Below are positions 9,832 through 20,301 of a DNA stretch of 64,000 bases, piece after piece. The DNA is taken from NCBI GenBank assembly GCA_964491535.1, contig CAZBGR010000002.1, forward strand, positions 3,440-67,439, in the 5' to 3' direction. A program made the translations under genes and the position numbers. The notes under the pieces were generated by a model. It did not search any database and was not told the DNA's origin. It saw only the letters and a list, made by a program, of their open reading frames with translations. This DNA comes from an uncultured Muribaculaceae bacterium (GTDB lineage: Bacteria > Bacillota_I > Bacilli_A > RF39 > UBA660). Every line of letters starts with the position of its first letter. Position 1 is the stretch's first letter.

Positions 9832-11091
9832 TCACCTTCTTTTATAATTTCTAGTCAATAATTGACTTTCAATTTGATTATAAGTTTCTAATAAAACACC
9901 AACCACAATTAAGAGCCCTGTTCCCCCAATCGTTATTTTAGCACTTAAATTAGATATGTTAGAAAAAATAATTGGCAAGCCAGCTATAATAACTAAGAAT
10001 AAAGCTCCTACGATAGTTAAACGTGATAATACTTGTTTAATATAAGTAGTTGTTTCTTCTCCAGGTCTAATACCAGGAATATAACCTCCATTATCATTTA
10101 AATCCTTCGCTAAATTTTTAGGATTAAGTTGAAAATAAACCCAAAAATAACAAAAGAAAATAATTAAAGCCATATAAAGAATAAAACCACTAATATTATC
10201 ATAACTAATATATTTTTTAATAAAAAGCAAAAAGCTATCTTTTTTAAGCAATTGAGCAATAAAAGATGGAACAGCAATAATCATTGAAGCAAAGATAACT
10301 GGAATAACTCCGGCTGAGTTTATTTTAATTGGCATATATGATTGTTTAGCTCCATAGGCACTGGCAGTCCGATTAGAATACTGTATTGGAATTCGGCGCT
10401 CAGATTGCTGAATAAAGACCATTCCTATTACAATTACTAAATAAACTAAGACAAACAAGCTGAAGGTTACTAAGCCAATAAAAATTGTTTGGGTATTAGT
10501 AAAGGTTACCATTTCTGAAAAAGCATTAGCAAACATCATTGGAATAGTCGATAGGATACCCGCCATAATAATTAAAGAAATACCATTACCAATTCCTTTT
10601 TGAGTGATTTGATCACCTAACCAAAGAATAAAGGCTGTGCCAGCTGTTAAAATAATAGCAGTTCTCATATAATCAATTGGCATAGCATCTTTTAGAAAGG
10701 AAAAAGAAATAGCATACCCTTGAATAAAGGCTAAAAATATTCCTACATATCTTGTTATTTTATTTAACTTTTGACGTCCTATATGACCTTGTTTTGATAA
10801 TTCAATAAAATAAGTAATATTTAACATTTCATGTTGTAATAATTGAATAGCAATTGAGGCTGAAATATAAGGCATTACCCCTACGGCAAAAATAGAAAAT
10901 TGTTTTAAGGCTCCACCTCCCATAACATTAATTAATTCAAGAAACCCTAAATCTTGAGTAATTCCTTCTGTTCCAGGAACTGAAATAGTTGTTCCTAATT
11001 CAAAAACAAATAAAGCAAAAAAAGTAAATAAAAGACGATATTGGATATCTTTATTTTTAGCTTTAAATAATTGCTTTATAAAATCAATCAT
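9832..11091 (-). CDS. secY: Preprotein translocase subunit SecY
   Basis: 419 aa, 10 TM segments, typical SecY sequence. Terminates with TGA at 9832-9834. Confidence 0.95.
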   Translation of the reverse strand: MIDFIKQLFKAKNKDIQYRLLFTFFALFVFELGTTISVPGTEGITQDLGFLELINVMGGGALKQFSIFAVGVMPYISASIAIQLLQHEMLNITYFIELSKQGHIGRQKLNKITRYVGIFLAFIQGYAISFSFLKDAMPIDYMRTAIILTAGTAFILWLGDQITQKGIGNGISLIIMAGILSTIPMMFANAFSEMVTFTNTQTIFIGLVTFSLFVLVYLVIVIGMVFIQQSERRIPIQYSNRTASAYGAKQSYMPIKINSAGVIPVIFASMIIAVPSFIAQLLKKDSFLLFIKKYISYDNISGFILYMALIIFFCYFWVYFQLNPKNLAKDLNDNGGYIPGIRPGEETTTYIKQVLSRLTIVGALFLVIIAGLPIIFSNISNLSAKITIGGTGLLIVVGVLLETYNQIESQLLTRNYKRR

Positions 11092-11535
11092 TTAAATCAC
11101 CTCGATTTTACCACCAGCGGCAATAATTTTTGCTTTAGCGGTTGATGAAAAGTGATGAGCTTGAACAGTTAATTTCTTAGTTAAGGTTCCCTGACCTAAT
11201 ATTTTAACACCGTCTAATTCTTGCTTAAAATAACCAAGTTCCTTTAATAAAGCAGGAGTCACTAAACTTCCATCTTCAAATTTATTTAAAGATTCTACAT
11301 TAATAACAACCCATTTTGTTTTAAAACGAATATTACTAAACCCTCTTTTTTTAGGAATTCGTCTAAATAATGGAGTTTGACCACCTTCAAAAGTAATTCT
11401 TACTTTGCCACTTCTAGCTTTTTGACCCTTATGTCCTTTACCACTTGTTTTACCAACCCCACTACTAGAACCACGTCCTAATCTTTTATTAGCTTTATTT
11501 TTAGCTGGATAGCTTTTTAATTGATGTAATTTCAT
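11092..11535 (-). CDS. rplO: 50S ribosomal protein L15
   Basis: [24 protein letters not shown] motif. Confidence 0.95.
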   Translation of the reverse strand: MKLHQLKSYPAKNKANKRLGRGSSSGVGKTSGKGHKGQKARSGKVRITFEGGQTPLFRRIPKKRGFSNIRFKTKWVVINVESLNKFEDGSLVTPALLKELGYFKQELDGVKILGQGTLTKKLTVQAHHFSSTAKAKIIAAGGKIEVI

Positions 11536-12047
11536 CCTAAAATCTCCTCTATGGAACGGCCTCTTAATTTAGCCATCTGTTCAATTGTTTTTTGATCTTT
11601 AAGAGCTTTAATCGTAGCGCGTGCCATATTTATTTTAGTATTAGAACCTAATGATTTAGAAATAACATCTTGAATACCGGCTAATTCTAAAATAGCTCGA
11701 ACTGGTCCTCCGGCAATAATTCCTTTCCCAGCTTTAGCTGGTTTAATTAAAACTCGAGTCGCTCCACTTACTCCAATTACTTCATGGGAAATAGTTCGGT
11801 TATCAATTAAAGAAACCTTAATTAAGTTTTTGTTAGCAGCTTGAATGGCTTTTTTAACTGCATCTGGAACTTCATTAGCTTTTCCAGTTCCAATCCCAAC
11901 CATTCCTTTGCCATTACCAATAGCTACAACAGCAGCAAAACGAAATTGGCGACCACCTTTACTAACTTTGGTTACTCTTTTAACCGAAATAACTTGTTCT
12001 TCATATTCCTTTTTTACTTCTTCTTTATTTCTATATTCCATCGCCAT
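11532..12047 (-). CDS. rpsE: 30S ribosomal protein S5
   Basis: Typical S5 sequence; overlaps rplO by 4 nt. No L30 gene lies between S5 and L15. Confidence 0.95.
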   Translation of the reverse strand: MAMEYRNKEEVKKEYEEQVISVKRVTKVSKGGRQFRFAAVVAIGNGKGMVGIGTGKANEVPDAVKKAIQAANKNLIKVSLIDNRTISHEVIGVSGATRVLIKPAKAGKGIIAGGPVRAILELAGIQDVISKSLGSNTKINMARATIKALKDQKTIEQMAKLRGRSIEEILG

Positions 12048-12053
12048 CCTCCT

Positions 12054-12416
12054 TTAAAATTTTAAACCTGCTTCTCTTGCTGCTTCCGCTAAAGCTTGTA
12101 AGCGCCCATGATAAAGATATCCACTACGATCAAAGATAACATCTTTTATTTTTTTAGCCTTAGCCTTTTCTGCTAAAGATTTACCTACTACTTTAGCAGC
12201 TTCTTTATTACCACCCTTAGTTAATTTTAATGATTTATCTAATGAAGAAGCACTAACTAAGGTTATTCCTAATTGATCATCTATAATTTGAGCAGCTATG
12301 TGCTTATGAGAACGAAAAACACTTAATCTAGGTAACGTTTTAGTCCCTATTATTTTTTTTCTAATTCGTTTATGCCTTAATAATCTTTTTTTATTTCTTG
12401 ATATTTTCTTTAGCAT
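12054..12416 (-). CDS. rplR: 50S ribosomal protein L18
   Basis: Typical L18 sequence. Confidence 0.93.
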   Translation of the reverse strand: MLKKISRNKKRLLRHKRIRKKIIGTKTLPRLSVFRSHKHIAAQIIDDQLGITLVSASSLDKSLKLTKGGNKEAAKVVGKSLAEKAKAKKIKDVIFDRSGYLYHGRLQALAEAAREAGLKF

Positions 12417-12432
12417 ATCTTTTCTCCTTTAC

Positions 12433-12969
12433 TTACATTTTAGAAGCTTTTTTACCTTCCTTACGACGAATAAACTCACCTTTATAACGAATCCCTTTCC
12501 CTTTATAAGGTTCTGGTGGTCTAACCTTCCTTATTTTAGCAGCTAATTCACCAACTGCTTGTTTATCAATTCCTTTAATAATAATTTCATTATTACTAAT
12601 CCCTTCAATTTCTAAATTGTCAGGAATCTGTATTAAAACAGGATGAGAAAAGCCAGCATTAATAGTTAGAGTTTTATCTTTAAGATAAAAACGATATCCT
12701 ACACCAACTATCTCTAAGTTTTTAGTAAAACCATCACTAACTCCAATTATCATATTGTTAATTAAGGAATTAATAACTCCATGTAAGGCTTTAAGGTTAT
12801 CATTTTTTCTTAACACCTTAACTGTTTGATCTTCAATTTGAACTGTTAAACCTTTAGGAATAATAAGTTCTAATTCCCCTTTAGGACCTTTAACAATAAG
12901 TTTATCATCATCTAAAGATAAATTAAGATTATCTTTAATTTTTAATATTCGTTTCCCTATCCGACTCAT
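12433..12969 (-). CDS. rplF: 50S ribosomal protein L6
   Basis: Start re-set to ATG 12967-12969 (AAGGAGGAAG RBS), giving MSRIGKRILKI. Confidence 0.93.
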   Translation of the reverse strand: MSRIGKRILKIKDNLNLSLDDDKLIVKGPKGELELIIPKGLTVQIEDQTVKVLRKNDNLKALHGVINSLINNMIIGVSDGFTKNLEIVGVGYRFYLKDKTLTINAGFSHPVLIQIPDNLEIEGISNNEIIIKGIDKQAVGELAAKIRKVRPPEPYKGKGIRYKGEFIRRKEGKKASKM

Positions 12970-12983
12970 CTTCTTCCTCCTTA

Positions 12984-13382
12984 TTACCAAATATAAGCTA
13001 AAACTTCTCCTCCCAAACCTTCTTTTCTAGCTTTTTTATTAGTCATTAAGCCTTTCGAAGTAGAAACAATAGCAATTCCCAAACCATTTAAAACGGTTGG
13101 TAATTGTTCTACTTTAGCATAAACTCTAAGCCCTGGTTTAGAAATTCTTTTTAAACCACTAATTACTCTTTCTTTCTTTTGCCCATATTTTAAAATAATA
13201 ATTAGTTTATCTGGTTTTTGATTTTTATCAACTTTATAACTTTGGATAAAACCCTCTTCTTTTAAAATCTTAGCAATATCATATTTCATTCTAGAAATAG
13301 GCATTAACACTTCCTTATATCGCATTTGATTAGCATTTCGAATTCTCGTTAACATATCAGCGATTGGATCATTAATTATCAT
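12984..13382 (-). CDS. rpsH: 30S ribosomal protein S8
   Basis: Start re-set to ATG 13380-13382 (TAGGAGGAT RBS), giving [17 protein letters not shown]. Confidence 0.93.
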   Translation of the reverse strand: MIINDPIADMLTRIRNANQMRYKEVLMPISRMKYDIAKILKEEGFIQSYKVDKNQKPDKLIIILKYGQKKERVISGLKRISKPGLRVYAKVEQLPTVLNGLGIAIVSTSKGLMTNKKARKEGLGGEVLAYIW

Positions 13383-13402
13383 TTTAATCCTCCTATCTAT
13401 GA

Positions 13403-13588
13403 TTACCAACTTGCTTTTTTGATTCCAGGTATTTGCCCCTTATGCGCTAATTCCCGAAAACAAATACGGCATAATTTAAACTCTCTAATAACAGCATGTG
13501 GACGACCGCATCTAAGACAACGGGTATAATTTCTTACTTTATACTTCTTAGGTTTGTTAGTCTTTATAATGATGCTTTTTTTAGCCAT
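13403..13588 (-). CDS. rpsZ: 30S ribosomal protein S14, type Z (zinc-binding)
   Basis: 61 aa with a CxxC...CxxC motif. Confidence 0.93.
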   Translation of the reverse strand: MAKKSIIIKTNKPKKYKVRNYTRCLRCGRPHAVIREFKLCRICFRELAHKGQIPGIKKASW

Positions 13589-13607
13589 CTAATCCCTCCT
13601 AATTTAA

Positions 13608-14150
13608 TTATTTTCTAAATGGAAGTCCTAAAGCTTTTAACAACCCTAAAGCTTCTTGATCAGTTTTAGCAGTAGTTACTAAAGTTACATCCATTCCTCT
13701 TATTTTTAAAACATTATCATAAATTATTTCTGGAAAAATTAATTGTTCAGTTAAACCCAATGTATAATTTCCTCTACCGTCAAATGATTTAGGTGATAAA
13801 CCTCTAAAATCCCTAACTCGTGGTAAGACTATATTTATTAATTTTTCCAAAAAAGTATACATTTTAGATCCACGAATAGTTACTTTACAACCAATTGGTG
13901 CTCCTGGTCTTCTTAAATTAAACCCAGCAATTGATTTTTTAGCCTTAGTCACTATCGGTTTAGCTGAAGTTATTAATTCTAATTCCTTTAAAGCAGCCTC
14001 TAATAATTTACTATTAGTGGTAGCATCTCCTATTCCCATATTAATAATAACCTTCTCTATTTTGGGTACTTCCATAACTGTTTTATAATTATTTGAAGTT
14101 ATTAATTCCTTAATTACTTCTTGATTATATTTTTCTTTTAGGAAACTCAT
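13608..14150 (-). CDS. rplE: 50S ribosomal protein L5
   Basis: Start re-set to ATG 14148-14150 (GAGGAGGAG RBS), giving [12 protein letters not shown]. Confidence 0.93.
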   Translation of the reverse strand: MSFLKEKYNQEVIKELITSNNYKTVMEVPKIEKVIINMGIGDATTNSKLLEAALKELELITSAKPIVTKAKKSIAGFNLRRPGAPIGCKVTIRGSKMYTFLEKLINIVLPRVRDFRGLSPKSFDGRGNYTLGLTEQLIFPEIIYDNVLKIRGMDVTLVTTAKTDQEALGLLKALGLPFRK

Positions 14151-14174
14151 TATTTTTCTCCTCCTCAAAGCTTT

Positions 14175-14453
14175 TTATTTTGATTTCTTATCCTTTGCTA
14201 CCTTTAATGGCTTCTTAGTTTTTTTATTAGCTTGTTCTTTAACTAATTTAACATTAGACATCTGAATCATCGCTTCAATATCAAAAATACCACCTTGTTC
14301 ATTTTTATCATTTGGTTTTAAATGTTTTTTAACCATATTAAGTCCCTCGATAATAACTTTATCCTTTTTAGGTAAAACTTTAATAATCATCCCTGTTTTA
14401 CCTTTATCTTTGCCAGTAATAATTTTTACCTTATCGCCCTTTTTTAATTTCAT
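14175..14453 (-). CDS. rplX: 50S ribosomal protein L24
   Basis: [21 protein letters not shown]; second ATG preferred on GGAGGAT RBS spacing. Confidence 0.92.
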   Translation of the reverse strand: MKLKKGDKVKIITGKDKGKTGMIIKVLPKKDKVIIEGLNMVKKHLKPNDKNEQGGIFDIEAMIQMSNVKLVKEQANKKTKKPLKVAKDKKSK

Positions 14454-14462
14454 CATATCCTC

Positions 14463-14831
14463 CTATAATACTTCCTTAGCTAAAGAAATAATTTTCATAA
14501 AGCCACGCTCTCTTAACTCTCTAGCTACAGGACCTAAAATACGAGTCCCCATGGGTGTTTTATCATCTTTAATTAAAACGCAAGCATTATCATCAAATTT
14601 AAGATAAGAACCATCATTTCTTCTAACTCCAAATTTACTTCTTACTATAACAGCTTTAACTACTCGACCTTCTTTTATAGTAGCATTAGGAGTAGATTTT
14701 TTTATTGTTCCAACGATAATATCACCAATATTACCAGCTTTTACTTTACTACCACCCAATACTCTAATTACTAACAATTCACGGGCTCCTGTATTATCAG
14801 TTACCTTTAATCTGCTTTCTTGTTGGACCAT
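14463..14831 (-). CDS. rplN: 50S ribosomal protein L14
   Basis: Start re-set to ATG 14829-14831 (AGGAGGAAT RBS), giving [16 protein letters not shown]; 122 aa. Confidence 0.93.
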   Translation of the reverse strand: MVQQESRLKVTDNTGARELLVIRVLGGSKVKAGNIGDIIVGTIKKSTPNATIKEGRVVKAVIVRSKFGVRRNDGSYLKFDDNACVLIKDDKTPMGTRILGPVARELRERGFMKIISLAKEVL

Positions 14832-14847
14832 TTTTATTCCTCCTAAC

Positions 14848-15108
14848 TTATAATAACACTGCTTTTTCAACAATTTTGACTAATTTAAAATGTTTTCTTT
14901 TTGATAAAGGCCTTACTTCCATAATAGCTACTTTATCACCCACTTTAGCTTGATTTTTAAGATCATGAACTAAATATTTTTTAGAACGTTTTACTCTTTT
15001 ACCATAGAGAGGATCACGACGATAAGTTTCAATTAACACATTAATCGTTTTATCTCCTGAAATACTTACTACTTTACCAAGCAATTGACGACTACTTTTT
15101 CGGTTCAT
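14848..15108 (-). CDS. rpsQ: 30S ribosomal protein S17
   Basis: Typical S17 sequence. Confidence 0.93.
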   Translation of the reverse strand: MNRKSSRQLLGKVVSISGDKTINVLIETYRRDPLYGKRVKRSKKYLVHDLKNQAKVGDKVAIMEVRPLSKRKHFKLVKIVEKAVLL

Positions 15109-15310
15109 GATTAGCCTCCTCTTTTAAATCACGTTCTTTAATAATTGTTTTCATCCGCGCGATTGTTTTTCTTAGTTCTTTAATCCGATGTGGTTTTTCT
15201 AATTTACCAACCGCTTGTTCAAAGCGTAAATTAAATAATTCTTGCTTATAATCATCTATTTTAGCCATAATATCCTTAGTGGTTAAAGCTCTAATTTCAT
15301 TTATTTTCAT
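15092..15310 (-). CDS. rpmC: 50S ribosomal protein L29
   Basis: Typical L29 sequence. Confidence 0.9.
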   Translation of the reverse strand: MKINEIRALTTKDIMAKIDDYKQELFNLRFEQAVGKLEKPHRIKELRKTIARMKTIIKERDLKEEANHEPKK

Positions 15311-15728
15311 TTATCTCACCACTTTCACGACTAATGAATTTACTCTTTATTGGTAACTTATGAGCAGCTAAACGAAGAGCTTCTTTAGCTACTTCTTCAT
15401 TAACGCCACCTATTTCAAACATAATTTTACCCTCTTTAACTACTGCTACCCATTCCTCTGGAGAACCTTTACCTTTCCCCATTCTAGTTTCAGCTGGTTT
15501 TTTAGTTTTAGCTAAATGGGGGAAAATATTAATCCAAACTTTTCCGCCCCTTTTCATATAACGAGTCATCGCTATTCTCGCTGCTTCTATTTGACGAGCT
15601 GTTATCCAAGCTCCTTCTTTAGCCATTAAACCGTAACTACCAAACTGTAATTCTCTATTTCCTTTAGCTTGACCTTCATATTTAATACGATGAGGTTTAC
15701 GATATTTAGTTTTTTTAGGCATTAACAT
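15297..15728 (-). CDS. rplP: 50S ribosomal protein L16
   Basis: Start ATG 15726-15728 immediately after the rpsC TAG stop, giving [14 protein letters not shown]. Confidence 0.93.
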   Translation of the reverse strand: MLMPKKTKYRKPHRIKYEGQAKGNRELQFGSYGLMAKEGAWITARQIEAARIAMTRYMKRGGKVWINIFPHLAKTKKPAETRMGKGKGSPEEWVAVVKEGKIMFEIGGVNEEVAKEALRLAAHKLPIKSKFISRESGEINENK

Positions 15729-15729
15729 T

Positions 15730-16383
15730 CTATTCACCTGCCTTTTGATCTTTGGTTGCTAAAATTTCACCTTTATAAATCCATACTTTAACACCAATCT
15801 TACCAACGGTTGTTTCAGCTTCACTAACCGCATAATCAATATTAGCTCTCAAAGTATGAAGTGGAATCATCCCTTCTGTATAACCTTCAGTACGAGCCAT
15901 CTCTGCTCCCCCTAAACGACCAGCAACTGAGGTTTTAATTCCTTTAGCACCAGCCTTCATAGTATTCCTAATAGCTCTTTTTTGAGCAGTTCGAAATGAA
16001 ATACGATTACTAATTTGACGAGCAATATTATCTGCTACTAATTTAGCTACTAATTCAGGCTTCTTTATTTCCATTACCGAAATTCTAACATTTTCATCTG
16101 TTAATTTAGATAATTCCTTTTTTAATTTATCAATCGCCTCACCTTTATGACCAATAACAACTCCTGGTTTAGCGGTATGAACAAATACTTCGGTATTCTT
16201 TTTTTTACGTTCAATAATAATATCAGCGATACTAGCTTCTTTTAATTTCTTTTCCAAATAAGTTCTTATTTTAATATCTTTATGTAAAAGATCTGCAAAA
16301 TCTGCCTTAGAAGCATACCATTTAGCTTGCCAATCTTTGTTGATTCCAAGCCTAAATCCTATTGGACTAACTTTTTGCCCCAT
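15730..16383 (-). CDS. rpsC: 30S ribosomal protein S3
   Basis: KH domain plus typical S3 C-terminus. Confidence 0.95.
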   Translation of the reverse strand: MGQKVSPIGFRLGINKDWQAKWYASKADFADLLHKDIKIRTYLEKKLKEASIADIIIERKKKNTEVFVHTAKPGVVIGHKGEAIDKLKKELSKLTDENVRISVMEIKKPELVAKLVADNIARQISNRISFRTAQKRAIRNTMKAGAKGIKTSVAGRLGGAEMARTEGYTEGMIPLHTLRANIDYAVSEAETTVGKIGVKVWIYKGEILATKDQKAGE

Positions 16384-16735
16384 TAACTATCCTCCTTATT
16401 TTTTCCTCTTTTGCTAAAATTATTGTTATATGACTATAATATCGATATTTTTTCCCTGCTCTTCCTTTAGCATGGGTAGAAAAACGTTTTAAAGTTTTTC
16501 CTTCATCAACATAACAAGCCCTAATATACATCTCAGCCCCTTTTAAATTTAAATTATTCTCGGCATTAGCAATTGCTGATAATAATAATTTTTTAATAAT
16601 TGGAGCGGCTTTTTTATTTAAATTAGCTAAAATATCCAAAGCTTCATTTACTTTTTTATGCCTAATTAAATTAATAACTAAACGAGCTTTATCAGGCGAT
16701 ATTCTAACTTTTCTAACTTTTGCTTTAGCTTCCAT
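16367..16735 (-). CDS. rplV: 50S ribosomal protein L22
   Basis: Typical L22 sequence. Confidence 0.93.
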   Translation of the reverse strand: MEAKAKVRKVRISPDKARLVINLIRHKKVNEALDILANLNKKAAPIIKKLLLSAIANAENNLNLKGAEMYIRACYVDEGKTLKRFSTHAKGRAGKKYRYYSHITIILAKEEKIRRIVNGAKS

Positions 16736-16761
16736 CTTAGCCTCCTTGTTTGTTTTTAAAA

Positions 16762-17034
16762 CTATTTATTCTCTTTTTTAGTACCATGGCCACCAAATTT
16801 ACGAGTTGGAGAGAATTCTCCTAATTTATGACCAACCATATCTTCAGTTACATAAACAGGAATAAATTCTTTGCCATTATGAACTGCTAAAGTATGCCCT
16901 ATAAAATCAGGATAAATAGTCGATCCTCTAGCCCAGGTTTTAATAACCTCTTTTTTATTATCTTCATTTAATTTCTTTATTTTAATTAATAATTTAGCAT
17001 TTACATAGGCCCCTTTTTTTAAACTTCTAGCCAT
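16762..17034 (-). CDS. rpsS: 30S ribosomal protein S19
   Basis: Typical S19 sequence. Confidence 0.95.
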   Translation of the reverse strand: MARSLKKGAYVNAKLLIKIKKLNEDNKKEVIKTWARGSTIYPDFIGHTLAVHNGKEFIPVYVTEDMVGHKLGEFSPTRKFGGHGTKKENK

Positions 17035-17045
17035 TTTCTTCCTCC

Positions 17046-17873
17046 TTATTTTTGACGATGTTTAATAATAAATTTGTTAGATGCTTTTTGTTTCTTTCTA
17101 GTTTTATAACCTAAAGTTGGTTTACCCCATGGGGTTAAAGGTCTTTTGCGACCAATTGGTGATTTCCCTTCCCCACCACCATGTGGATGATCAACTGGAT
17201 TCATAGCTGAACCTCTAACTGATGGTCTAAAACCTAATTTTCTTTTACGACCGGCTTTACCTAATTTTACTAATTCATGATCAGTATTACCAACTTCACC
17301 AATCGTTGCTCGACAAGTTCCTAGAATCTTTCTAGTTTCACCACTTTTTAAACGCAGCAAAACATACTTTTCCTCACGACCAATAATTTGGGCACCACCA
17401 CCAGCTGAACGAGCTATTTGAGCCCCTTTACCAGGTCTCATTTCAATATTATGAACCATAGTTCCTATAGGAATATTAGCTAATGGTAAGCAATTACCTA
17501 CCTTTATATCGACTTTTGGCCCACTTATTATTTTAGAACCTACTTTTAAACCTAAAGGAGCAATAATATATCTTTTTTCACCATCAACATAATTAACTAA
17601 AGCAATATTAGCTGTTCGATTAGGATCATATTCAATACTAGCAATAGTTCCTTCAACATTATCTTTAGTTCTTAAAAAATCAATTACACGATATCTTCTT
17701 TTAACACCACCACCACGATGCCTAACTGTTATTTTACCTTGATGATTACGACCAGCTGTTTTATTTAATTTAGTTGTTAACTTTTTAATTGGTTTATTTT
17801 TACTTATCTTACCAACTAAAACACTCATTTTTCTTCTTGCATTAGTAGTTGGTTTATAAACTCTTATCGCCAT
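17046..17873 (-). CDS. rplB: 50S ribosomal protein L2
   Basis: Typical L2 sequence with [14 protein letters not shown]... motif. Confidence 0.95.
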   Translation of the reverse strand: MAIRVYKPTTNARRKMSVLVGKISKNKPIKKLTTKLNKTAGRNHQGKITVRHRGGGVKRRYRVIDFLRTKDNVEGTIASIEYDPNRTANIALVNYVDGEKRYIIAPLGLKVGSKIISGPKVDIKVGNCLPLANIPIGTMVHNIEMRPGKGAQIARSAGGGAQIIGREEKYVLLRLKSGETRKILGTCRATIGEVGNTDHELVKLGKAGRKRKLGFRPSVRGSAMNPVDHPHGGGEGKSPIGRKRPLTPWGKPTLGYKTRKKQKASNKFIIKHRQK

Positions 17874-17883
17874 CCTCTTCCTC

Positions 17884-18162
17884 CTATATATCTATTTTTT
17901 CTCCTTCTTTTAAAGTAACCATCGCTTTTTTATAACGACTAGTAAGACCTTGATAACGACCAACTCTTTTTTTCTTTGGTTTAACATTCAAAGTATTAAC
18001 TTTAGATACTTTTACTTTAAAAAGAGCTTCAATCGCTTGTTTAATTTCAACCTTATTAGTATTAAGCGCTACTTTAAAAACGTATTTTAAATTATCTTTT
18101 TTAAGATCACTACTTTTTTCAGTTATAATTGGTGATTTAATAATATCTTTATACTTATTCAT
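17884..18162 (-). CDS. rplW: 50S ribosomal protein L23
   Basis: Typical L23 sequence. Confidence 0.92.
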   Translation of the reverse strand: MNKYKDIIKSPIITEKSSDLKKDNLKYVFKVALNTNKVEIKQAIEALFKVKVSKVNTLNVKPKKKRVGRYQGLTSRYKKAMVTLKEGEKIDI

Positions 18163-18163
18163 C

Positions 18164-18787
18164 TTATATCAATCTCTTTTCAATCAATGATAAAGCCTCT
18201 TCTGTTAGGATTAAATGATGATAATGACTTAAATCATAAGGATTTATTTCAGGAGCCGTTATTACTTTGAAGTTATTTAAATTACGACTAGCTAAAATAA
18301 GATTATCATTTAATTCCTTAACAATAATTAAAGCTCCTTTATCAATTTTCAAATTATTAATAATTTTAATCATCACTTTAGTTTTAGGTTGATCAACAAT
18401 AAATTTATCTAATAATAATAATTCTTTATTAATATATTTATAGACTAAAGCAGATTTCAAGGCCAAAAGATAAACATTTTTATTCATCTTAAGTTTATAA
18501 TTTCTAGGCTGAGGCCCAAAAACAACACCGCCACCTTTCCAAATCGGAGAACGAATACTACCATGACGAGCTCTACCCAGTCCTTTTTGACGCCATGGTT
18601 TTCGACCTCCGCCCCTGACTTCACCTCTTGTTTTAGTTTTATGAGTTCCTTGCCTCAACGACGCTAAAGAATTAATTAAAGCATCATGTAATGCTTGATC
18701 ATTAGGTTTTATTTCCCATAAAGCAGGATTTAATTTAATCTTATTTAATTTATTACCTTCTATATCCAAAAGATCTACCGTTGGCAT
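18164..18787 (-). CDS. rplD: 50S ribosomal protein L4
   Basis: Typical L4 sequence. Confidence 0.93.
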   Translation of the reverse strand: MPTVDLLDIEGNKLNKIKLNPALWEIKPNDQALHDALINSLASLRQGTHKTKTRGEVRGGGRKPWRQKGLGRARHGSIRSPIWKGGGVVFGPQPRNYKLKMNKNVYLLALKSALVYKYINKELLLLDKFIVDQPKTKVMIKIINNLKIDKGALIIVKELNDNLILASRNLNNFKVITAPEINPYDLSHYHHLILTEEALSLIEKRLI

Positions 18788-18825
18788 AGTCTCCTCCTTC
18801 TATCTTACCGATTAGTTTAGTTAAT

Positions 18826-19707
18826 CTAAATTGCTTTAGGTTCTTCTGTTCCTTCAACTATCTTTTTTTCATCAGTTACTGTTAAAGATTCAGCTTTAGT
18901 TTCCTTAATTATTTCTGTTTCTTTTACCTCTTTAACTTTAGATTCGTTATCTACAGTTAAAACATCACTTTCAATCTCTTTAGGAGCTTGAATTGTAGAA
19001 TCTTCTGTCTCTTTATCCTTTATTAAATGCTCATCAACAACTGTTTGATATGATACTAATTCTTCTGTTTTTATTTTAAGTTTTGGCTTTTTAATTGATG
19101 TTTTAACAATTACTAGTGATTTACTAGGCCCTGGAACACTGCCTTTAATTAAAATTAAATTATTAACAGTATCAATCGCTACTATTTTCAAATTTTGAAT
19201 AGTAACTGTTTCATTTCCCATATGACCTGGTAATTTTTTTCCTTTAGAAACATTCATTTGACCAACTGAACCTAAAGAGCCTACTCGACGATGATGTCTT
19301 GAACCATGAGTCATAGGACCTCTTTTTTGATTATAGCGTTTAATAACCCCTTGGAAGCCCTTTCCTTTAGATATTCCAGTCACATCAACTATTTCCCCCA
19401 CTTCAAAGATATCAACTTTAATTTTTTTACCTAATTGATAAAGATCTAAATCAACATCTCTTATTTCTCTCAAGAAGCGCTTAGGTAAAGTATTAGTTTT
19501 TTTAAAATGACCTAATTCAGGTTTGTTAGCTAATTTTTCTCTTTTAGTCAAAAAACCTAATTGAACAGCTTCATAACCATCCTTTTCCCTTGTTTTAATT
19601 TGGGTAACTACATTCGGTGAAACAGCCACTGCTGTAACGGGTATTAATTTACCCCTAACTGTAAACACTTGAGTCATTCCCAATTTAATACCTAAGATTC
19701 CTTTCAT
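18826..19707 (-). CDS. rplC: 50S ribosomal protein L3 with a ~80-aa K/E-rich C-terminal extension
   Basis: Core L3 of ~210 aa plus an acidic/lysine-rich low-complexity tail, for a total of 293 aa. Confidence 0.92.
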   Translation of the reverse strand: MKGILGIKLGMTQVFTVRGKLIPVTAVAVSPNVVTQIKTREKDGYEAVQLGFLTKREKLANKPELGHFKKTNTLPKRFLREIRDVDLDLYQLGKKIKVDIFEVGEIVDVTGISKGKGFQGVIKRYNQKRGPMTHGSRHHRRVGSLGSVGQMNVSKGKKLPGHMGNETVTIQNLKIVAIDTVNNLILIKGSVPGPSKSLVIVKTSIKKPKLKIKTEELVSYQTVVDEHLIKDKETEDSTIQAPKEIESDVLTVDNESKVKEVKETEIIKETKAESLTVTDEKKIVEGTEEPKAI

Positions 19708-19719
19708 TTAATATTCCTC

Positions 19720-20025
19720 CTACGATTTAATTTCAATATCAACCCCACTAGGTAAATCTAAATGGGTTAAACCATCAATAGTTTCTTTACTAGGATTAAA
19801 GATATCAATTAAACGTTTATGAATACGTCTTTCAAATTGTTCTCTTGAATCCTTATACTTATGAACAGCCCTTAAAATAGTATATATCTTTTTTTCAATT
19901 GGTAAAGGTACTGGTCCACTTATTTTGCCACCAGTCTTTTTTACCGATTCAACTATCTTTACGGCCGCTTGATCAAGTATTCGATGATCATAAGCTTTTA
20001 ACTTGATTCTAATTTTATTAACCAT
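19720..20025 (-). CDS. rpsJ: 30S ribosomal protein S10
   Basis: Typical S10 sequence; first gene of the cluster. Confidence 0.95.
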   Translation of the reverse strand: MVNKIRIKLKAYDHRILDQAAVKIVESVKKTGGKISGPVPLPIEKKIYTILRAVHKYKDSREQFERRIHKRLIDIFNPSKETIDGLTHLDLPSGVDIEIKS

Positions 20026-20154
20026 TACTTTTCCTCCTCGCCTATATCAGGTATAGACTCGCTCCGTGCAAATTACCTGTTTGACTAGATTTCGTATAAC
20101 AACGCAACCTAGTGTATCAGCAACCTTGTACCTCAAAACAGTCACACGTAAATG

Positions 20155-20184
20155 ATTATACCAAATATATTATATGAAAAGCAA
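20155..20184 (-). promoter_or_regulatory. Putative sigma-A promoter of the S10 operon (-35 TTGCTT, 18-nt spacer, extended -10 TGGTATAAT)
   Basis: Minus strand reads TTGCTTTTCATATAATATATTTGGTATAAT about 125 nt upstream of rpsJ. Confidence 0.55.
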
Positions 20185-20195
20185 GTGAAAAAATG

Positions 20196-20260
20196 ATAAA
20201 TATTAAAAAAGTTCTCTTTTTATAACTTTACTAATGAAAAATAAAGAAAAAGAGAACTTA
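20196..20260 (-). terminator. Rho-independent terminator downstream of the 20302..21591 surface-protein gene
   Basis: Minus-strand hairpin AAGTTCTCTTTTT ...loop... AAAAAGAGAACTT followed by TTTTTTAATATTT. Confidence 0.6.
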
Positions 20261-20301
20261 ATTACTATATCTCATTCTCTTTTGATTAATCTTATTTCTT
20301 T

